A DNA stretch of 64,000 nt from the NCBI GenBank assembly GCA_963815195.1, contig CAWFGE010000013.1, positions 864,001 to 928,000 of the forward strand, read 5' to 3'. This document shows, one piece after another, positions 40,011 to 52,894 of the stretch. Both the position numbers and the translations under genes were made by a program. The DNA is from an uncultured Planctomycetaceae bacterium. Its GTDB lineage: Bacteria > Planctomycetota > Planctomycetia > Planctomycetales > Planctomycetaceae. The notes beneath the pieces were generated by a model, which was not told the origin of the DNA, made no database searches, and worked only from the letters and a program-made list of their open reading frames with translations. The first letter of the stretch is position 1; every line of letters begins with the position of its first letter.

Positions 40011-42998
40011 TCACTTTTCGGGCGAGGCGGCGATTTGGCCGATGAATGAGGCGTGGCGGCGGGTGAGGAAGCGGAGCTTTTCGAGGAGCCGCTCGCGGAG
40101 GTCGGGGCGGGACTCGGCGAGGTTCACGGTTTCGCCGGGATCGTGTTTCAGATCGAAGACGAAACACGTGCCGGTGGGCCGGTCGAAGATCAGCTTGTGC
40201 TCGAACCGGGACACGACGCCCAAGGTGTCGTAATGCGTGCAGAGCAGCATGTCGCGGTTGCGGTAGCGTCCGGGATCGACCCGGCAGCCGTCCTTCAACA
40301 GCGGCACCAGGCTTCGGCACGTCAGCGGATGATCGGGCACCGGATTCGCATATTTGATGCCGGCTACCTCGGCGATCGTTGGGACGATGTCCATCTGCAA
40401 GACCGGCTCGCCGGAGACCCGGTTCCCCGCCAGGCCGGGGACTTTGAGAATCATCGGCATCCGCAGGCATTGCTCGTAGAGGTGCGAGACGTAATACATG
40501 TGCTCGTGTTCGAACCATTGGCAGCCGTGGTCGCCGACGATCACAATCAGCGTGTTGTCGTACAGGTTCTTTTCTTTGAGCTTATCAAGAATCCTGCCGA
40601 TCTGGGCGTCCATGCGGGTGATGGTTTGCAGGTAGCATTTGTATTTTTCGTGGGTGCCTCCGCTGGGCAGCGTGGCGTCGGATTCATAAATGCGAAGCCC
40701 GTTGGGAAAGCCCAGCTCGGCGGCGCGTTCGTCGGATGTGCGTTTCCAGGGGAAATGCGTGTCGGACATGTGCTCGCAGAAGAAGAACCGTTCGCCGGGC
40801 TTCAGGCTGTCGAGGAATTCCACGATCCGGTCGGCTCGTTTGTCACCCCGCCAGATGCCCCGGCCTTCTTCGGTGCTGGTGACTTCGGAACTGTAGTCCT
40901 CGCCGGATTTCCAGGCGGTGGCTTCGCGGCCCTTGAGTTCCTCCGGGACGAACAGATCGAAAAACGGGGCGGTATCCGCGTGGCACCAGCGGTTGACGCC
41001 CGCGAGCTTCAGCACTTTGTAAAGATTGTTGTAGCGGCTGTAGCGGTCGCCGAAGGATTGGCCGGCGTGCATCTCGGCGATTCGCAGAATGCGGCCGCTG
41101 TTGACGGCGAACCAGCCGTCCCAGGTGCTCGGATAATAACAACGGGCCTGGGTAAACCGCGTGCCTTCGCGAGCGACGGCATCGATGTTCGGCGTGGCGA
41201 CAAGACCGTCGGGCAACCGCCGCTGTCCATACGCCGAGATCGCCCGGCAGGTGACGCCTTCGAGAAAAAAGACCGCCACGTTCGGGAAGTTTTTGGCCTT
41301 TTGGGCGTCGGCGATTTCGAAGCGGTCGATGGGCACGGGCACGACTTCCGGGGCGGCAATCCCGCCGGCTTGGACCGCGGGGTCGGCGTCGTCCGGGTCG
41401 GCACCGTGGAGGACGGCGGCGTAACCGTCGCGGTCGGCATCGAACACCCAGTGCAGAAATCGCAGTTCAAACTCGTGGCGATTGTGAAACTCCACCGCCC
41501 GCGCGAATACGTTTTCGGAAATCTGCCGCCAACCCCAAAACGGCCAACTGGCAATGCCGAGCGTGGCGAACGCCGCCGCCACGACCGCGATCCGCGCGAG
41601 CATGCCGCAGAGATTGAAAACTCGATCAGGCGTAGGCGCAGCCGGCCGCCCGAACCGTCCGATCAATCGGGAACCGGCGAGATACACCCAGCCCGCCGCC
41701 AAGAGAGACATCAGCACCTGGAGGCACGGGAACAGGCCGGCTTTGAGCATGCCCCGCCAGTCGTCGAATTCAAAAAGCTGATCGATTTTTTGAAAGAACC
41801 AGGTCAGACCTGCGATGCCGAGGGCGGTGAAAACGATCAAACCACTCATCCGCACGCCCGCGGACGTCCGCCGGGGAACCGCAAGCCGCAGGAGCGGATA
41901 CAGCGGAAACAAGAGCAGGTTCCAGAACGCGATTTCCGACCGTTTCGGGAGCCGGACACTGCGATTCGCCGCGAGCGCCCGCCGGGCGGAGTCTTCAAAA
42001 TCCCCGCGGAGCAAAAGCCCGCCCGCCATCAGCAGCGGCATCAATCCCGCGACCAAAAGCCCCAGCGAAACCGCGGGCAGGATCCAGCCATCGTTGGCGA
42101 CGATTTCCGGCAGGACTTTGATCTGCCAGGGCACCAACAGGGCGACGGCCCAAAACCCCGCGATCGCCAGCGCCTGTCGGCGGCAGTCGGTCGGCGTGAA
42201 GAACAAGCCCTTCGCCCGTTCGCTTCGCGAAAGCCGGCCAAGCACCAGAGAGGCCGCACACCCCCAAACCGCCGCAATCGTGGCAAACAACAGCGACGTG
42301 GAATAAAGCAGCCAATTCGCCATTTCCACTTCGCCCGGTTGGAAGAAGGGCCGGAAATCATAGCCGTTGTTGAGCTTGGGGTCCCAGAACTTCACGTGTT
42401 CGTAAAACGCATACGCCGCGACCGACGCGCAGCCCAGGAGGTAAATTACGCTCAGCCGCACGGCCCGGTTTTGCGGGGGGGCCTTGAAGTCCAGCGGCGA
42501 AGTGCCGGGGCGCTCGGTCATCCGGGCCATTGGACCCAACAGCCGCCACGCCGCGGAAATTCCCAACAGCAGGATCAGCCAATCCGCAATGCCCACGGGT
42601 TCGATTTCGGTGCCGGCGGCCGAGTCCATCTCCACAAATCGGCAGGCAAACAGACCCAGTCCCCACATCAGTCCGCATTGCCAAAGCAGCGAGACGGGAA
42701 ACGGGCGGTTTTCTTGGCGTGGATACCACCAGCCGGCGGCGAGGAACACTCCCAGAAACGCCGCTGTCACCGCAAACGCCAGCATGAACCACGGAAAATG
42801 GAGGTCCGCGAATTCCAGGAGCGGGACATCCTGAATTTCAAAGGTTTGGGCAATCCCGGAGGTTTTCACCGCCCGAAACCCGATCATCCCGGCCAAAAGC
42901 AGCAAATTGGCCAGCCAGATCCAGCCGAACACCACCCAGGCGGGCAGCCGCTCGGAAAGCCGTCCTAAGAATTTCCAAAAACCGCGGTGCATGCTCAA
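40011..42998 (-). CDS. polytopic membrane protein with C-terminal alkaline-phosphatase-superfamily (sulfatase/LTA-synthase-like) domain
   Basis: Many TM helices, DADRDG motif, TPNID, HMSDTHFPW, VGDHG, FDLKHDPGE. Confidence 0.8.
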   Translation of the reverse strand: MSMHRGFWKFLGRLSERLPAWVVFGWIWLANLLLLAGMIGFRAVKTSGIAQTFEIQDVPLLEFADLHFPWFMLAFAVTAAFLGVFLAAGWWYPRQENRPFPVSLLWQCGLMWGLGLFACRFVEMDSAAGTEIEPVGIADWLILLLGISAAWRLLGPMARMTERPGTSPLDFKAPPQNRAVRLSVIYLLGCASVAAYAFYEHVKFWDPKLNNGYDFRPFFQPGEVEMANWLLYSTSLLFATIAAVWGCAASLVLGRLSRSERAKGLFFTPTDCRRQALAIAGFWAVALLVPWQIKVLPEIVANDGWILPAVSLGLLVAGLMPLLMAGGLLLRGDFEDSARRALAANRSVRLPKRSEIAFWNLLLFPLYPLLRLAVPRRTSAGVRMSGLIVFTALGIAGLTWFFQKIDQLFEFDDWRGMLKAGLFPCLQVLMSLLAAGWVYLAGSRLIGRFGRPAAPTPDRVFNLCGMLARIAVVAAAFATLGIASWPFWGWRQISENVFARAVEFHNRHEFELRFLHWVFDADRDGYAAVLHGADPDDADPAVQAGGIAAPEVVPVPIDRFEIADAQKAKNFPNVAVFFLEGVTCRAISAYGQRRLPDGLVATPNIDAVAREGTRFTQARCYYPSTWDGWFAVNSGRILRIAEMHAGQSFGDRYSRYNNLYKVLKLAGVNRWCHADTAPFFDLFVPEELKGREATAWKSGEDYSSEVTSTEEGRGIWRGDKRADRIVEFLDSLKPGERFFFCEHMSDTHFPWKRTSDERAAELGFPNGLRIYESDATLPSGGTHEKYKCYLQTITRMDAQIGRILDKLKEKNLYDNTLIVIVGDHGCQWFEHEHMYYVSHLYEQCLRMPMILKVPGLAGNRVSGEPVLQMDIVPTIAEVAGIKYANPVPDHPLTCRSLVPLLKDGCRVDPGRYRNRDMLLCTHYDTLGVVSRFEHKLIFDRPTGTCFVFDLKHDPGETVNLAESRPDLRERLLEKLRFLTRRHASFIGQIAASPEK

Positions 42999-43275
42999 AC
43001 GTTATCCCACTCGATGCCAGCCTGTCCATTTGGGACCAAAAAACCCGAAAATTCAGCGAATTTTTGTTTAAGGATACGTGAAGACTGTGTGAGTGGGAAT
43101 CACCGGGCTTTAAAAAATTCTCGCAAAAATCCAAAAAATTATTTTCGGTTGGGGAATAAACTCCGCCGGGAGCGCATCTCAGGTGTGATGACCGCCTCGA
43201 GGTCGGGGCGGACCCGGAATGCGTTGTCCGGGAACAATGGAATCTTGAGTTCATTACATCGAGAGGAACTCCCCC

Positions 43276-43512
43276 ATGAAGAAGTTGGCCATGTTTCTGA
43301 TGATCCTGTCCGTCAGCGTGTTCTCCATCGGCTGCGGCGGAAAAACCAAGACTGACAAAACTGAATCCGCCCCCGCTGAAGGAACCGAAGGCGGCCACGA
43401 ACCCGCCGCAGGCACCGGAACTGAAGGCGGAACCGAAGGCGGAACCGGAACCGAAGGCAAGGGAACCGAAGGCAAGGGAACCGAAGGCGGAACCGGAACC
43501 GAAATGCCGTAA
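43276..43512 (+). CDS. small lipoprotein with GTEG repeats
   Basis: GAGGA RBS, MKK+hydrophobic+SIGC lipobox, GGAACCGAAGGC repeats. Confidence 0.75.
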   Translation: MKKLAMFLMILSVSVFSIGCGGKTKTDKTESAPAEGTEGGHEPAAGTGTEGGTEGGTGTEGKGTEGKGTEGGTGTEMP

Positions 43513-43590
43513 TTCCCGTCAAGGAATCCAGAACGGGGTCGCCTTTTGCAACAAAGTTCCGGCGGCCCGGTCGATTCTGCGCAAATCCCC

Positions 43591-43627
43591 CAAAGAGCCT
43601 TTCCGACTCGTGCGGAAAGGCTCTTTG
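43591..43627. terminator. hairpin between the convergent lipoprotein gene and atpG
   Basis: Perfect 15-bp stem CAAAGAGCCTTTCCG / CGGAAAGGCTCTTTG. Confidence 0.7.
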
Positions 43628-43641
43628 ATTTTCCGGACGCG

Positions 43642-44529
43642 TCAATCTTCGCGGAGCGTCTCGAAGCCGGTGATCACGTCGAGCAGTTCCTCCGTAATCG
43701 CCGTTTGACGGGTTCGCCGCCATTCATCGCGAAATTCCTCCAGCCGCTGGGCGATGTTTCGCTCGGCCGCCTGCATCGATGTGATCCGGCTCGCGTTTTC
43801 GCCCGCCAGGGAATGTGCGCACGCCCGGAACAAGCTCACGAACATGTGCTGGCGGATCAGCATCATATACACATCGCCCGGCGGCATCGTGACCGACGGC
43901 AGCGACCGCGAAGCCCATTTCCGAGTCCGCGGCTCCATGAGGCGGTCCGGATCCAACGGCAAAAGTTGGACGTGCATCGGTCCGTAAGTGGTCTCCGTTT
44001 GCCGGGTGTTGTGGAACACGAAGACCCGCTCGAGTTTTTGTTCCGCCTGCCACGCGGTCACCGCCGGCAATAGTTCGAGCACGAGTTGCGTGATCCCCGC
44101 CACCGAACCGGGCACCTCGAACACCCGCGAAATGGCGAGTCCGCGGTCCTCCAACCGCCCCGCGACGCGCAAGCCGATTACGAGATGGCTCCGCCGCGTT
44201 CGGTCGGGCTGTAAGGTTTCGGAGGTTTCTTCCACGAACTCGGCGATTTGCTCGTTGAACGAACCGCACATGCCCTGGTCGGACCCAAACACAATCAAGC
44301 CCAGTTTTCCATTTTCGGCCAACACGCTCTGGGGGATCTCCTGCCGCGGATGCAGCCAGCGAAGCATGCGAAACCCCAAGGCCAACGTGCGCGTGTAATC
44401 CCCCAGCGCGGCGACGGCCGCTTCGTATTGGCGAATGCTCACCGCCGCCAGCGTTTTCATCGTGCGGACGACGGACTCTAAATCCTCAGCCGAGCGAATC
44501 CGGCGTTCCAGGGCTTCCATCGTGGGCAT
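43642..44529 (-). CDS. atpG: N-ATPase subunit gamma
   Basis: [37 protein letters not shown]. Confidence 0.93.
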   Translation of the reverse strand: MPTMEALERRIRSAEDLESVVRTMKTLAAVSIRQYEAAVAALGDYTRTLALGFRMLRWLHPRQEIPQSVLAENGKLGLIVFGSDQGMCGSFNEQIAEFVEETSETLQPDRTRRSHLVIGLRVAGRLEDRGLAISRVFEVPGSVAGITQLVLELLPAVTAWQAEQKLERVFVFHNTRQTETTYGPMHVQLLPLDPDRLMEPRTRKWASRSLPSVTMPPGDVYMMLIRQHMFVSLFRACAHSLAGENASRITSMQAAERNIAQRLEEFRDEWRRTRQTAITEELLDVITGFETLRED

Positions 44530-46063
44530 GATTGTCCTCCAACATCGGCATCACCGCGTTCCGGGTGGCGTTCACCAGAGTTTGAACATCCTCATCCGTC
44601 AGCTTCTCTCCCGCCAGGATTTGCTCGCACAGTTCGGGGCATTCCTCGAGCACGGCTTTGCGGACGCGGGCTTCCGCGCGGGAGATCTGCTCAATGTCGA
44701 TCGCATCAAACACTCCCACCGTCACCGACACGAGCACCGCGATTTGCTCGGGCACGGATAGCGGCTCGCCCTCGGATTGTTTGAGGACTTCCCGCACCCG
44801 CCGGCCGCGCTCCAAGGTGTGGCGGGTCTCTTCATCCAACCGGCTGCTGAACCGCGAGAAGGCTTCGAGTTCTTCAAACTGCGAATACGACAGCCTTAAA
44901 TCCCCGGCCACTCGGCGGTACGCGGGAAGCTGCGTCTTGCCGCCGACTCGCGACACGGACCGCCCCACATCCACGGCGGGCAAGAGCCCTTTGCGGAACA
45001 GATCGGGCGAGAGATAGATCTGCCCGTCGGTGATCGAAATCAGGTTCGTGGGAATATAGGCCGCGACGTTCTGGGCTTCGGTCTCGGCGATGGGCAACGC
45101 CGTCAGCGAGCCGCCGCCGAGGTCGTCCCGCAAATGCGTCGAGCGTTCGAGCAGCCGCGAATGCACATAAAAGATGTCGCCCGGAAACGCCTCCCGGCCC
45201 GGCGGTCTTCGCAGCAGGAGCGACAACTCCCGGTAAGCCCGCGCATGCGCGGTGAGGTCGTCATACACCACCAGCACGTCCCGCCCCTGTTCCATAAAGA
45301 ACTCGCCGATCGTGGTCGCCGCGTAAGGCGCCACGAACTGAAGCCCCGGCGGCGTATTACCCTCCGCGACCACGACCACGGAATATTCGAGGGCCGACGC
45401 GTCCCTTAGCTTCGCGATCACCCGCGCGACGGCGGAGGTTCGCTGGGCGATGGCGCAATAAATACAGACCACATCCCGGCCGCGCTGGTTCAGAATCGTA
45501 TCCACAGCGATGGCCGACTTGCCGGTTTGCCGGTCGCCTAAGATCAATTCCCGCTGCCCGCGGCCGACGGGAATCAGAGCGTCGACGACTTTCATGCCGG
45601 TCTGGAGGGGAACCGTCACGGGAGCGCGGTCCATGATCCGCGGCGCATCGCGCTCCACGGGCCGGCGGATCGCGGCGTCCAGACTGGGCAACCGATCCAG
45701 CGGCCGGCCCACCGGATCGATCACGCGCCCCAAAAGCTCTTCGCCGACTGGGACATCCAAGAGCCGCCCGGTCCGCCGGGCCTGGCTGCCGGCTTGGAGT
45801 TGCTCGCTTTCATCGAGCAGAATCACGCCCACCTCGTTGGCGTCGAGATTGAACGCCATCCCCAACACGCCTTTGCGAAACTCCAACAGCTCGTCGGCTT
45901 GGGCGCTGGGCAGTCCCTTGACCCGGGCGGTGCCGCGATCGACGGAAATCACCGTGCCGACTTCGACCGCGTGCAAGCGGGCTTGATGCCCGGCCCGCTC
46001 GGAATCAAACGGCTGAAACACCAGCTCCGCCAAGTCCGGCGGATCGGGAAGCATGTCGTTCAT
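44486..46063 (-). CDS. atpA: N-ATPase subunit alpha
   Basis: [32 protein letters not shown]. Confidence 0.96.
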   Translation of the reverse strand: MNDMLPDPPDLAELVFQPFDSERAGHQARLHAVEVGTVISVDRGTARVKGLPSAQADELLEFRKGVLGMAFNLDANEVGVILLDESEQLQAGSQARRTGRLLDVPVGEELLGRVIDPVGRPLDRLPSLDAAIRRPVERDAPRIMDRAPVTVPLQTGMKVVDALIPVGRGQRELILGDRQTGKSAIAVDTILNQRGRDVVCIYCAIAQRTSAVARVIAKLRDASALEYSVVVVAEGNTPPGLQFVAPYAATTIGEFFMEQGRDVLVVYDDLTAHARAYRELSLLLRRPPGREAFPGDIFYVHSRLLERSTHLRDDLGGGSLTALPIAETEAQNVAAYIPTNLISITDGQIYLSPDLFRKGLLPAVDVGRSVSRVGGKTQLPAYRRVAGDLRLSYSQFEELEAFSRFSSRLDEETRHTLERGRRVREVLKQSEGEPLSVPEQIAVLVSVTVGVFDAIDIEQISRAEARVRKAVLEECPELCEQILAGEKLTDEDVQTLVNATRNAVMPMLEDNHAHDGSPGTPDSLG

Positions 46064-46854
46064 GAAGGGGTCTCCCGGGCCAGGCTGCCGGCGTGGTCCT
46101 GATCGAACGCCGCCGCGAAGTGCCGTTCCAAGGTCTCGATGGTGTCCGCGACGTTCCAGGAGAGCCTTTCATCGCCGATGCGAAGCTCGATTCCGCAAAT
46201 CAAATCCGCGTCCACCTCGAACTGCACGGGTTCCACATCGCCGAATTCCGCCCGGAGCGTTTGCCGAAGCTCCGCTGGCAGCTTCTCAGACAGCTCGAGC
46301 GCGCTGGTGATCGTGGTGATCGATCCTTCCGAAGTTCCAGCCGACGCCAAACGTTCCCGCGTGGCGTGATCCAACGTCTTGAGCCGCTCCGTAAACACGA
46401 GGGCCATTTGCTGCTCCAAATCCGCGTCCGCGAGTTCGCTCAAAACGTGCCGAACGATTTGATGCACCTGCCGGCCCGCGCGTTCGCGCAGGCTCCTTCA
46501 AAAACCGGCCGCGGTCGCGCTCGAGGGCCTCCCACCAGCGGGCCTGGACTTCATCGACTTCAGCCCGGGCGTGTTCGAGAGCCGTTTGCTTCCAGTCGGC
46601 GACCTCTTGCCGGGCCTCGTCGAACATCATCTCGCGGGCGGCTTTGAGTTCCTGCTCGCGCTCCCGGAAACTCGCGGCGAGCGATTCGGCTTCGGACCGC
46701 GTGTGTTCCGCCTCCGCCACGCGGCAGAGATGTCCTCTTGCCGGCGCTTGATGGCCTCGAGCACAGGTCGGTACAGAAATTTTCGCAGGAGCGCGACCAG
46801 AATCAAAAAATTGACAATCTGAGCCGCCCACACGAACCAGGCATCATTGGGCAT
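46060..46854 (-). CDS. atpF: N-ATPase subunit b with delta-like C-terminus (frameshifts near 46722 and 46490)
   Basis: [21 protein letters not shown]; coiled coil; [13 protein letters not shown]. Confidence 0.88.
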
Positions 46855-46886
46855 GATGGTAACCGAATGTTGATCGATCAGGTCAA

Positions 46887-46970
46887 GGCGAGCGGGAGGT
46901 GTAAGCCTCCTGCTAATTCTGATAAACCCAAAACTCGACGAAACCAGGAGGCTCACGCCTCCCGCTCGCC
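46887..46970. repeat. REP doublet (GGCGAGCGGGAGGTGTAAGCCTCCTG..CAGGAGGCTCACGCCTCCCGCTCGCC)
   Basis: 26-bp near-perfect inverted repeat between atpE and atpF. Confidence 0.75.
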
Positions 46971-46994
46971 ATTTCTTTCAAAACGCGATCAGAG

Positions 46995-47261
46995 CTACGG
47001 CGCCGGTCCGCCGGCGAAGGGGTTGGCGAACAGCAGGATGATCGAAATCACGAAGCAATAGATCGCCGTCGATTCGACCATTGCCATGCCCACGAACAGC
47101 GTGCGCGTAATGGTGTTGGCTTCGTCCGGCTGCTGGGCGATGGCGCTCAAGGCTTGCGAAAGGGCCCGGCCTTCGCCCAAAGCCGGGGCGATCGACCCAA
47201 TCGCCATCGTGATGCCCGCCGTGAAAATCGACACCACCGAAATCCAAGTTTCGTCACTCAT
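46995..47261 (-). CDS. atpE: N-ATPase subunit c, Na+-type
   Basis: PALGEG in helix 1, QQP loop, ESTAIY in helix 2. Confidence 0.95.
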   Translation of the reverse strand: MSDETWISVVSIFTAGITMAIGSIAPALGEGRALSQALSAIAQQPDEANTITRTLFVGMAMVESTAIYCFVISIILLFANPFAGGPAP

Positions 47262-47967
47262 GCGGAACGTCCTCCCTCGAGTCGGGTTCGTCTGCGGTTT
47301 TCCGATGCGCTGCCGTGGCAGAGGCGATATACACCATCGCCAAGATCGCAAAGATATATGCTTGAATCAGCCCCGTCAGCAAGCCGAACAGATTCATTAA
47401 GAGCGGCACAAACAGCGGCATGAAGCCCACGAGGATCGCCCCCATCACGCTGCCGCTCATCATGTTCCCATACAGCCGCACGGCGAGGGCGAGCGTGCGG
47501 GACAACTCGCCAATGATATTGAACGGCAGCATCAAAGGCGACGGTTTGATGTATTGCTTCAAATACCGGCCCAGGCCTTGCTGGGCAATCCCGAAGACCG
47601 GCACCGCGAAAAACACGCAGGTCGCAAGCGCCGCGGTGGTGATGAGCGAAGCCGTCGGCGGCTCGTAGCCCGGCACCACCGTCAGCAGACTGCACGAAGC
47701 GACAAACAAAAACAGCGTGCCCACGAACGGCAGATAAACGCCCGGCTCTTGCAGGCTCACTTCGCGGATTTGGTTTTGGATCGTGACGATCACCACTTCC
47801 AACAGATGCTGCCAGCGCGGGATTTGAGGCGAAATGGATAGCCGGCGCGTCATCCACCACGAACCCCCGACCAAGAGCGCCATCGTGATCCACGTGAACA
47901 CGAGCGTGGCGGTGATCGGCAGCGGGCCGAGCCGATAGAAAATCCAATTGTCCGGCGAGAATTTCAC
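47254..47967 (-). CDS. atpB: N-ATPase subunit a
   Basis: SRTLALAVRLYGNM, IQAYIFAILAMVY. Confidence 0.95.
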   Translation of the reverse strand: MKFSPDNWIFYRLGPLPITATLVFTWITMALLVGGSWWMTRRLSISPQIPRWQHLLEVVIVTIQNQIREVSLQEPGVYLPFVGTLFLFVASCSLLTVVPGYEPPTASLITTAALATCVFFAVPVFGIAQQGLGRYLKQYIKPSPLMLPFNIIGELSRTLALAVRLYGNMMSGSVMGAILVGFMPLFVPLLMNLFGLLTGLIQAYIFAILAMVYIASATAAHRKTADEPDSREDVPHE

Positions 47968-47973
47968 GCGGGA

Positions 47974-48258
47974 TTAGCTCCGATGCTCGGGAACGCCGAC
48001 TTGCCGAAACACGAGAGACCGTCCGATGAGAAACCCGAGCATCACGGCCGCCAGGCGTTCCCAACGGTGGTCGATCAACAGGAACATCGCCCCCAACACG
48101 ACGGCCATTCGCAGGAGCGCGCTCACAGGAAACCAAACGCCCGGCCGCGACATCCCCGGCAAGCGGCGGACCACCCACCACAGGCTGACGAAATAAAATA
48201 TCCCCAGCAGCACGCCGGCGAGGGTGCAAAACAGGATGGGCGGCCACGAGATTTCCAT
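47974..48258 (-). CDS. atpR: N-ATPase AtpR subunit
   Basis: Small membrane protein with YFVSLWWVVR, SALLR, GFLIGR; expected position in the operon. Confidence 0.85.
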   Translation of the reverse strand: MEISWPPILFCTLAGVLLGIFYFVSLWWVVRRLPGMSRPGVWFPVSALLRMAVVLGAMFLLIDHRWERLAAVMLGFLIGRSLVFRQVGVPEHRS

Positions 48259-48259
48259 G

Positions 48260-48591
48260 TCAAGATTTCCTCCCGGATTGCGTTTCGTCGCCTTGGCTTT
48301 CGCGTTGGATCCACTGCCATGCGAGCAGACATCCCACGGCCAACCCGATCACGAGGCCCATCAGCGTGCTGGAATATCGGCTGGGATAATGCCGATCGAT
48401 CCACCAGCCGACGCCGACGCCGATCAACGTGGGCACGGAGACCGACCAGCCAATCATCCCGAACATCCCCAGCCCGAACCAGATCGAATGCTGCGTCTCG
48501 CGGCGGGCTTGCAATTTGCGCAGCCCGGGCTTCGACTTCGCGGCGGAGTTCCTCGCCGGTGGGATCGCTGCGGCCGGGATCGCGGTCGGCA

Positions 48592-48599
<8 letters not shown>
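48260..48599 (-). CDS. atpQ: N-ATPase AtpQ (AtpZ/AtpI family) subunit (frameshift near 48525)
   Basis: WFGLGMFGMIGWSVSVPTLIG..GWWID..GCLLAWQW. Confidence 0.85.
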
Positions 48600-50490
<1,891 letters not shown>

Positions 50491-50531
50491 TTTTCTCTTG
50501 TTAAGCGGCGTCTTGGCGTTTCTTCTATTCG

Positions 50532-51543
50532 TCAATGCATCACGAGCACTTTGGCTCCCTTGACGGGGCCGTGTTTAAGTTCGAGGAGCGCGCGGTTCGC
50601 TTCTTCCAAGGGATAGGTTTGCACTTCCGGCTCAAGCGGGATTTCCCCGGCGAGCGGCAGAAACTCCGCGATGTCGAAGTGTGTGACGTTCGCCACGGTC
50701 TTGATTTCCCGCTCCATCCAGAGGTGCTCGTGATAGCTGAGCTTCAAAAGCTCGTTCTGATCTCGGTCTTCCTTGCGGATGGCGTTGATTACCAATCGGC
50801 CTCCGGGCCGGAGATTTCGCAGGGCTTCCACGACGGGTTTCCAAGCGGGCGTGGTGTCGATGATCGCATGTAGCGACTCGGGGGCCTGGTCCGCCGTGTC
50901 CCCCGCCCAGACCGCTCCCAAGGATTTGGCGAACTCTCTCGCCGCGGGATCGCGCGAAGACGTAGATTTCGGTCCGGGGATATTGATGCTTCACCGTCTG
51001 TAGCACAAGATGGGCCGAGCCGCCGAAGCCCGTCAACCCCAGAGGGTCCCCGTCACGGAGGTTCGTCAATTTGAGTGCCCGATACCCGACCGCCCCCGCG
51101 CACAACAGCGGGGCCGCCGACGCGTCCGAAAACACTTCGGGAATCGGATAGGCGTAGTCTTCCGGCACGGTGAGAAACTCCGCATACCCGCCGTTCGCAT
51201 CCCGGCCGGTCGCTCGGAATTGCGGGCTGAGGTTTTCATCCGCCTGGCCGGTGGAAGAATGAATCCAACCCACGCCCACGCGTTCGCCGAGCTTGCGGCG
51301 TTTAACGCCCGCTCCCAACGCCTCCACCCGGCCGACGATTTCGTGTCCCAAAATCACCGGCAGCTTGGGCGGCGCGGTGCGGCCTTCGATCTCGTCGAGT
51401 TCCGTATGACACACCCCGCACGCCGAGACCCGAATCAGCAACTCGCCCGCCCCCGGTTCGGGCCGGGGCACGTCGGCCAATTCCAAAGGCGAATCGTCCT
51501 CATCCAGCGAAACCAGGCGCGGCAGAATCATCGTGCGCATCAT
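50532..51543 (-). CDS. zinc-binding alcohol dehydrogenase family protein (frameshift near 50952)
   Basis: ACGVCHTELD, LGHEIVG, APLLCAG, GFGGSA. Confidence 0.9.
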
Positions 51544-51567
51544 ATCTCCTTGCGGACCGCGGCCCGG

Positions 51568-52080
51568 CTACTTGTCGCCTTCCGCGAGCAACTCGTTGCG
51601 AACCCAGCGGTGGCATTCGATGCAGCTCAGCGTGGCCTTCGTCCAAGCCAAGGCAGCCGAGTCGAGGTTCTTCTTTTCTTTCGAGGCCTTGAGGATGCTG
51701 TCCACCGCATCGCGAAACTCCGCGCTGTGCTGCCGGTAGATGGCATCGTTCGACACCCGCCAGCGCTCGGCTTCGCTCATGGATTTCAGCGTCTCGGCCC
51801 CCTTGTGGATCGTGTCGAAATCCTCCGTGCACAGGCCTTCCAGAATCTGGCTGGAGGCTTTCAGCTTGGCCTGCATAAACTTCGCCAACGCGGGCTCTTT
51901 CTCCTTGGCTTTCTGGGCCGTCGATTTTTGAGCGGCCTTGGGCTTGGCCTGTTGGGGATTTTCCGCCCGGCTGTCGGTCAAAAGGTAGCCGCCGAACGCG
52001 GCCAAAACAAACGCCGACACCAAACCGATGCAAGTTGAGCGAATCATCGAGATCTCCAATGGAAGATGGGTGAGAGTCAT
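51568..52080 (-). CDS. secreted cytochrome c'-like monoheme protein
   Basis: Signal peptide, helical body, C-terminal CIECH. Confidence 0.75.
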   Translation of the reverse strand: MTLTHLPLEISMIRSTCIGLVSAFVLAAFGGYLLTDSRAENPQQAKPKAAQKSTAQKAKEKEPALAKFMQAKLKASSQILEGLCTEDFDTIHKGAETLKSMSEAERWRVSNDAIYRQHSAEFRDAVDSILKASKEKKNLDSAALAWTKATLSCIECHRWVRNELLAEGDK

Positions 52081-52099
52081 GGAAACAGATCGCGGGCGT

Positions 52100-52564
52100 C
52101 TACCTGGCGGTGTTCAAGGCCGTCTGAAAATCGGCATCCGCGGGAATCTCCGCGACCTTGGCATTGCGGACGTGCTTGTGGCAACTCAGGCAGGTCATCG
52201 TCACGCGAATCCAAGCCAGCGAAGCCCTGTCGATGTTCTTTTCCTTGGCGGCCGTTTCCAGTTGGTCGCAGCCCTTTTCAAATTCCCGGCTGTATAAATC
52301 GTAAGTCGGCGTGTTAAACACCTGCCATTGCTCCGCCTGGCTGAGCGTGTGCATCTCCGCGGCGGCCTTTTGGATTTGCGCGAAATCCTCGGTGACGAGG
52401 CCTTCCAGCACCTTCTCCGAATCCGTCAGCTTTTGCCGCATGAACTGGTCGATGGGCTTGTCGGCCGGTTTCGCGACCTTCCCGGCCGCTTCGCTCCGAA
52501 GAAGAAAAACCGCGGAAAGGGCAAGAACCACGCAGGCACCGGCGAGGGACAATGTTCGTTTCAT
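52100..52564 (-). CDS. secreted cytochrome c'-like monoheme protein (paralog of the neighbour)
   Basis: Signal peptide, FMRQKL..LEGLVTEDF, C-terminal CLSCH. Confidence 0.78.
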   Translation of the reverse strand: MKRTLSLAGACVVLALSAVFLLRSEAAGKVAKPADKPIDQFMRQKLTDSEKVLEGLVTEDFAQIQKAAAEMHTLSQAEQWQVFNTPTYDLYSREFEKGCDQLETAAKEKNIDRASLAWIRVTMTCLSCHKHVRNAKVAEIPADADFQTALNTAR

Positions 52565-52894
52565 GGGAAGGTCCTTTTCACAAAGACTGGCTTTACCAAC
52601 AAAAAAACCTCTCTCGCAAATCTCATGCGAAAGAGGCGGCCATAGCTTGCTCCGGCGTCCCCGTCGCGAGACACCTTTTGATTTCATCTACCTGATATTA
52701 GTCTTCCCAGAGGGCAAGTCAAGAGTCAGTCGAGCAATTTGGGGAATTCATGGGCCGATCTCCGTATCGCCGTGGTCAATCTTCGCGTCGCCTTGGTAAG
52801 CTATGATAAGGAAAGCCAAATAAATTGTTGTGTTATGCTCTCGTCCGATCAACGGGAACGTCCGACCCCTTCCCATCCCTTAAATCCTCCGCTT

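Noticed and set aside
40053..42968. 971-aa plus-strand ORF and similar long antisense ORFs (3956-5479, 11164-12882, 15595-17019)
   Set aside because: Antisense shadows of recognisable genes, expected in high-GC DNA; no motifs
43380..43503. Short direct repeats resembling a CRISPR array
   Set aside because: In-frame coding repeats without unique spacers; no cas genes
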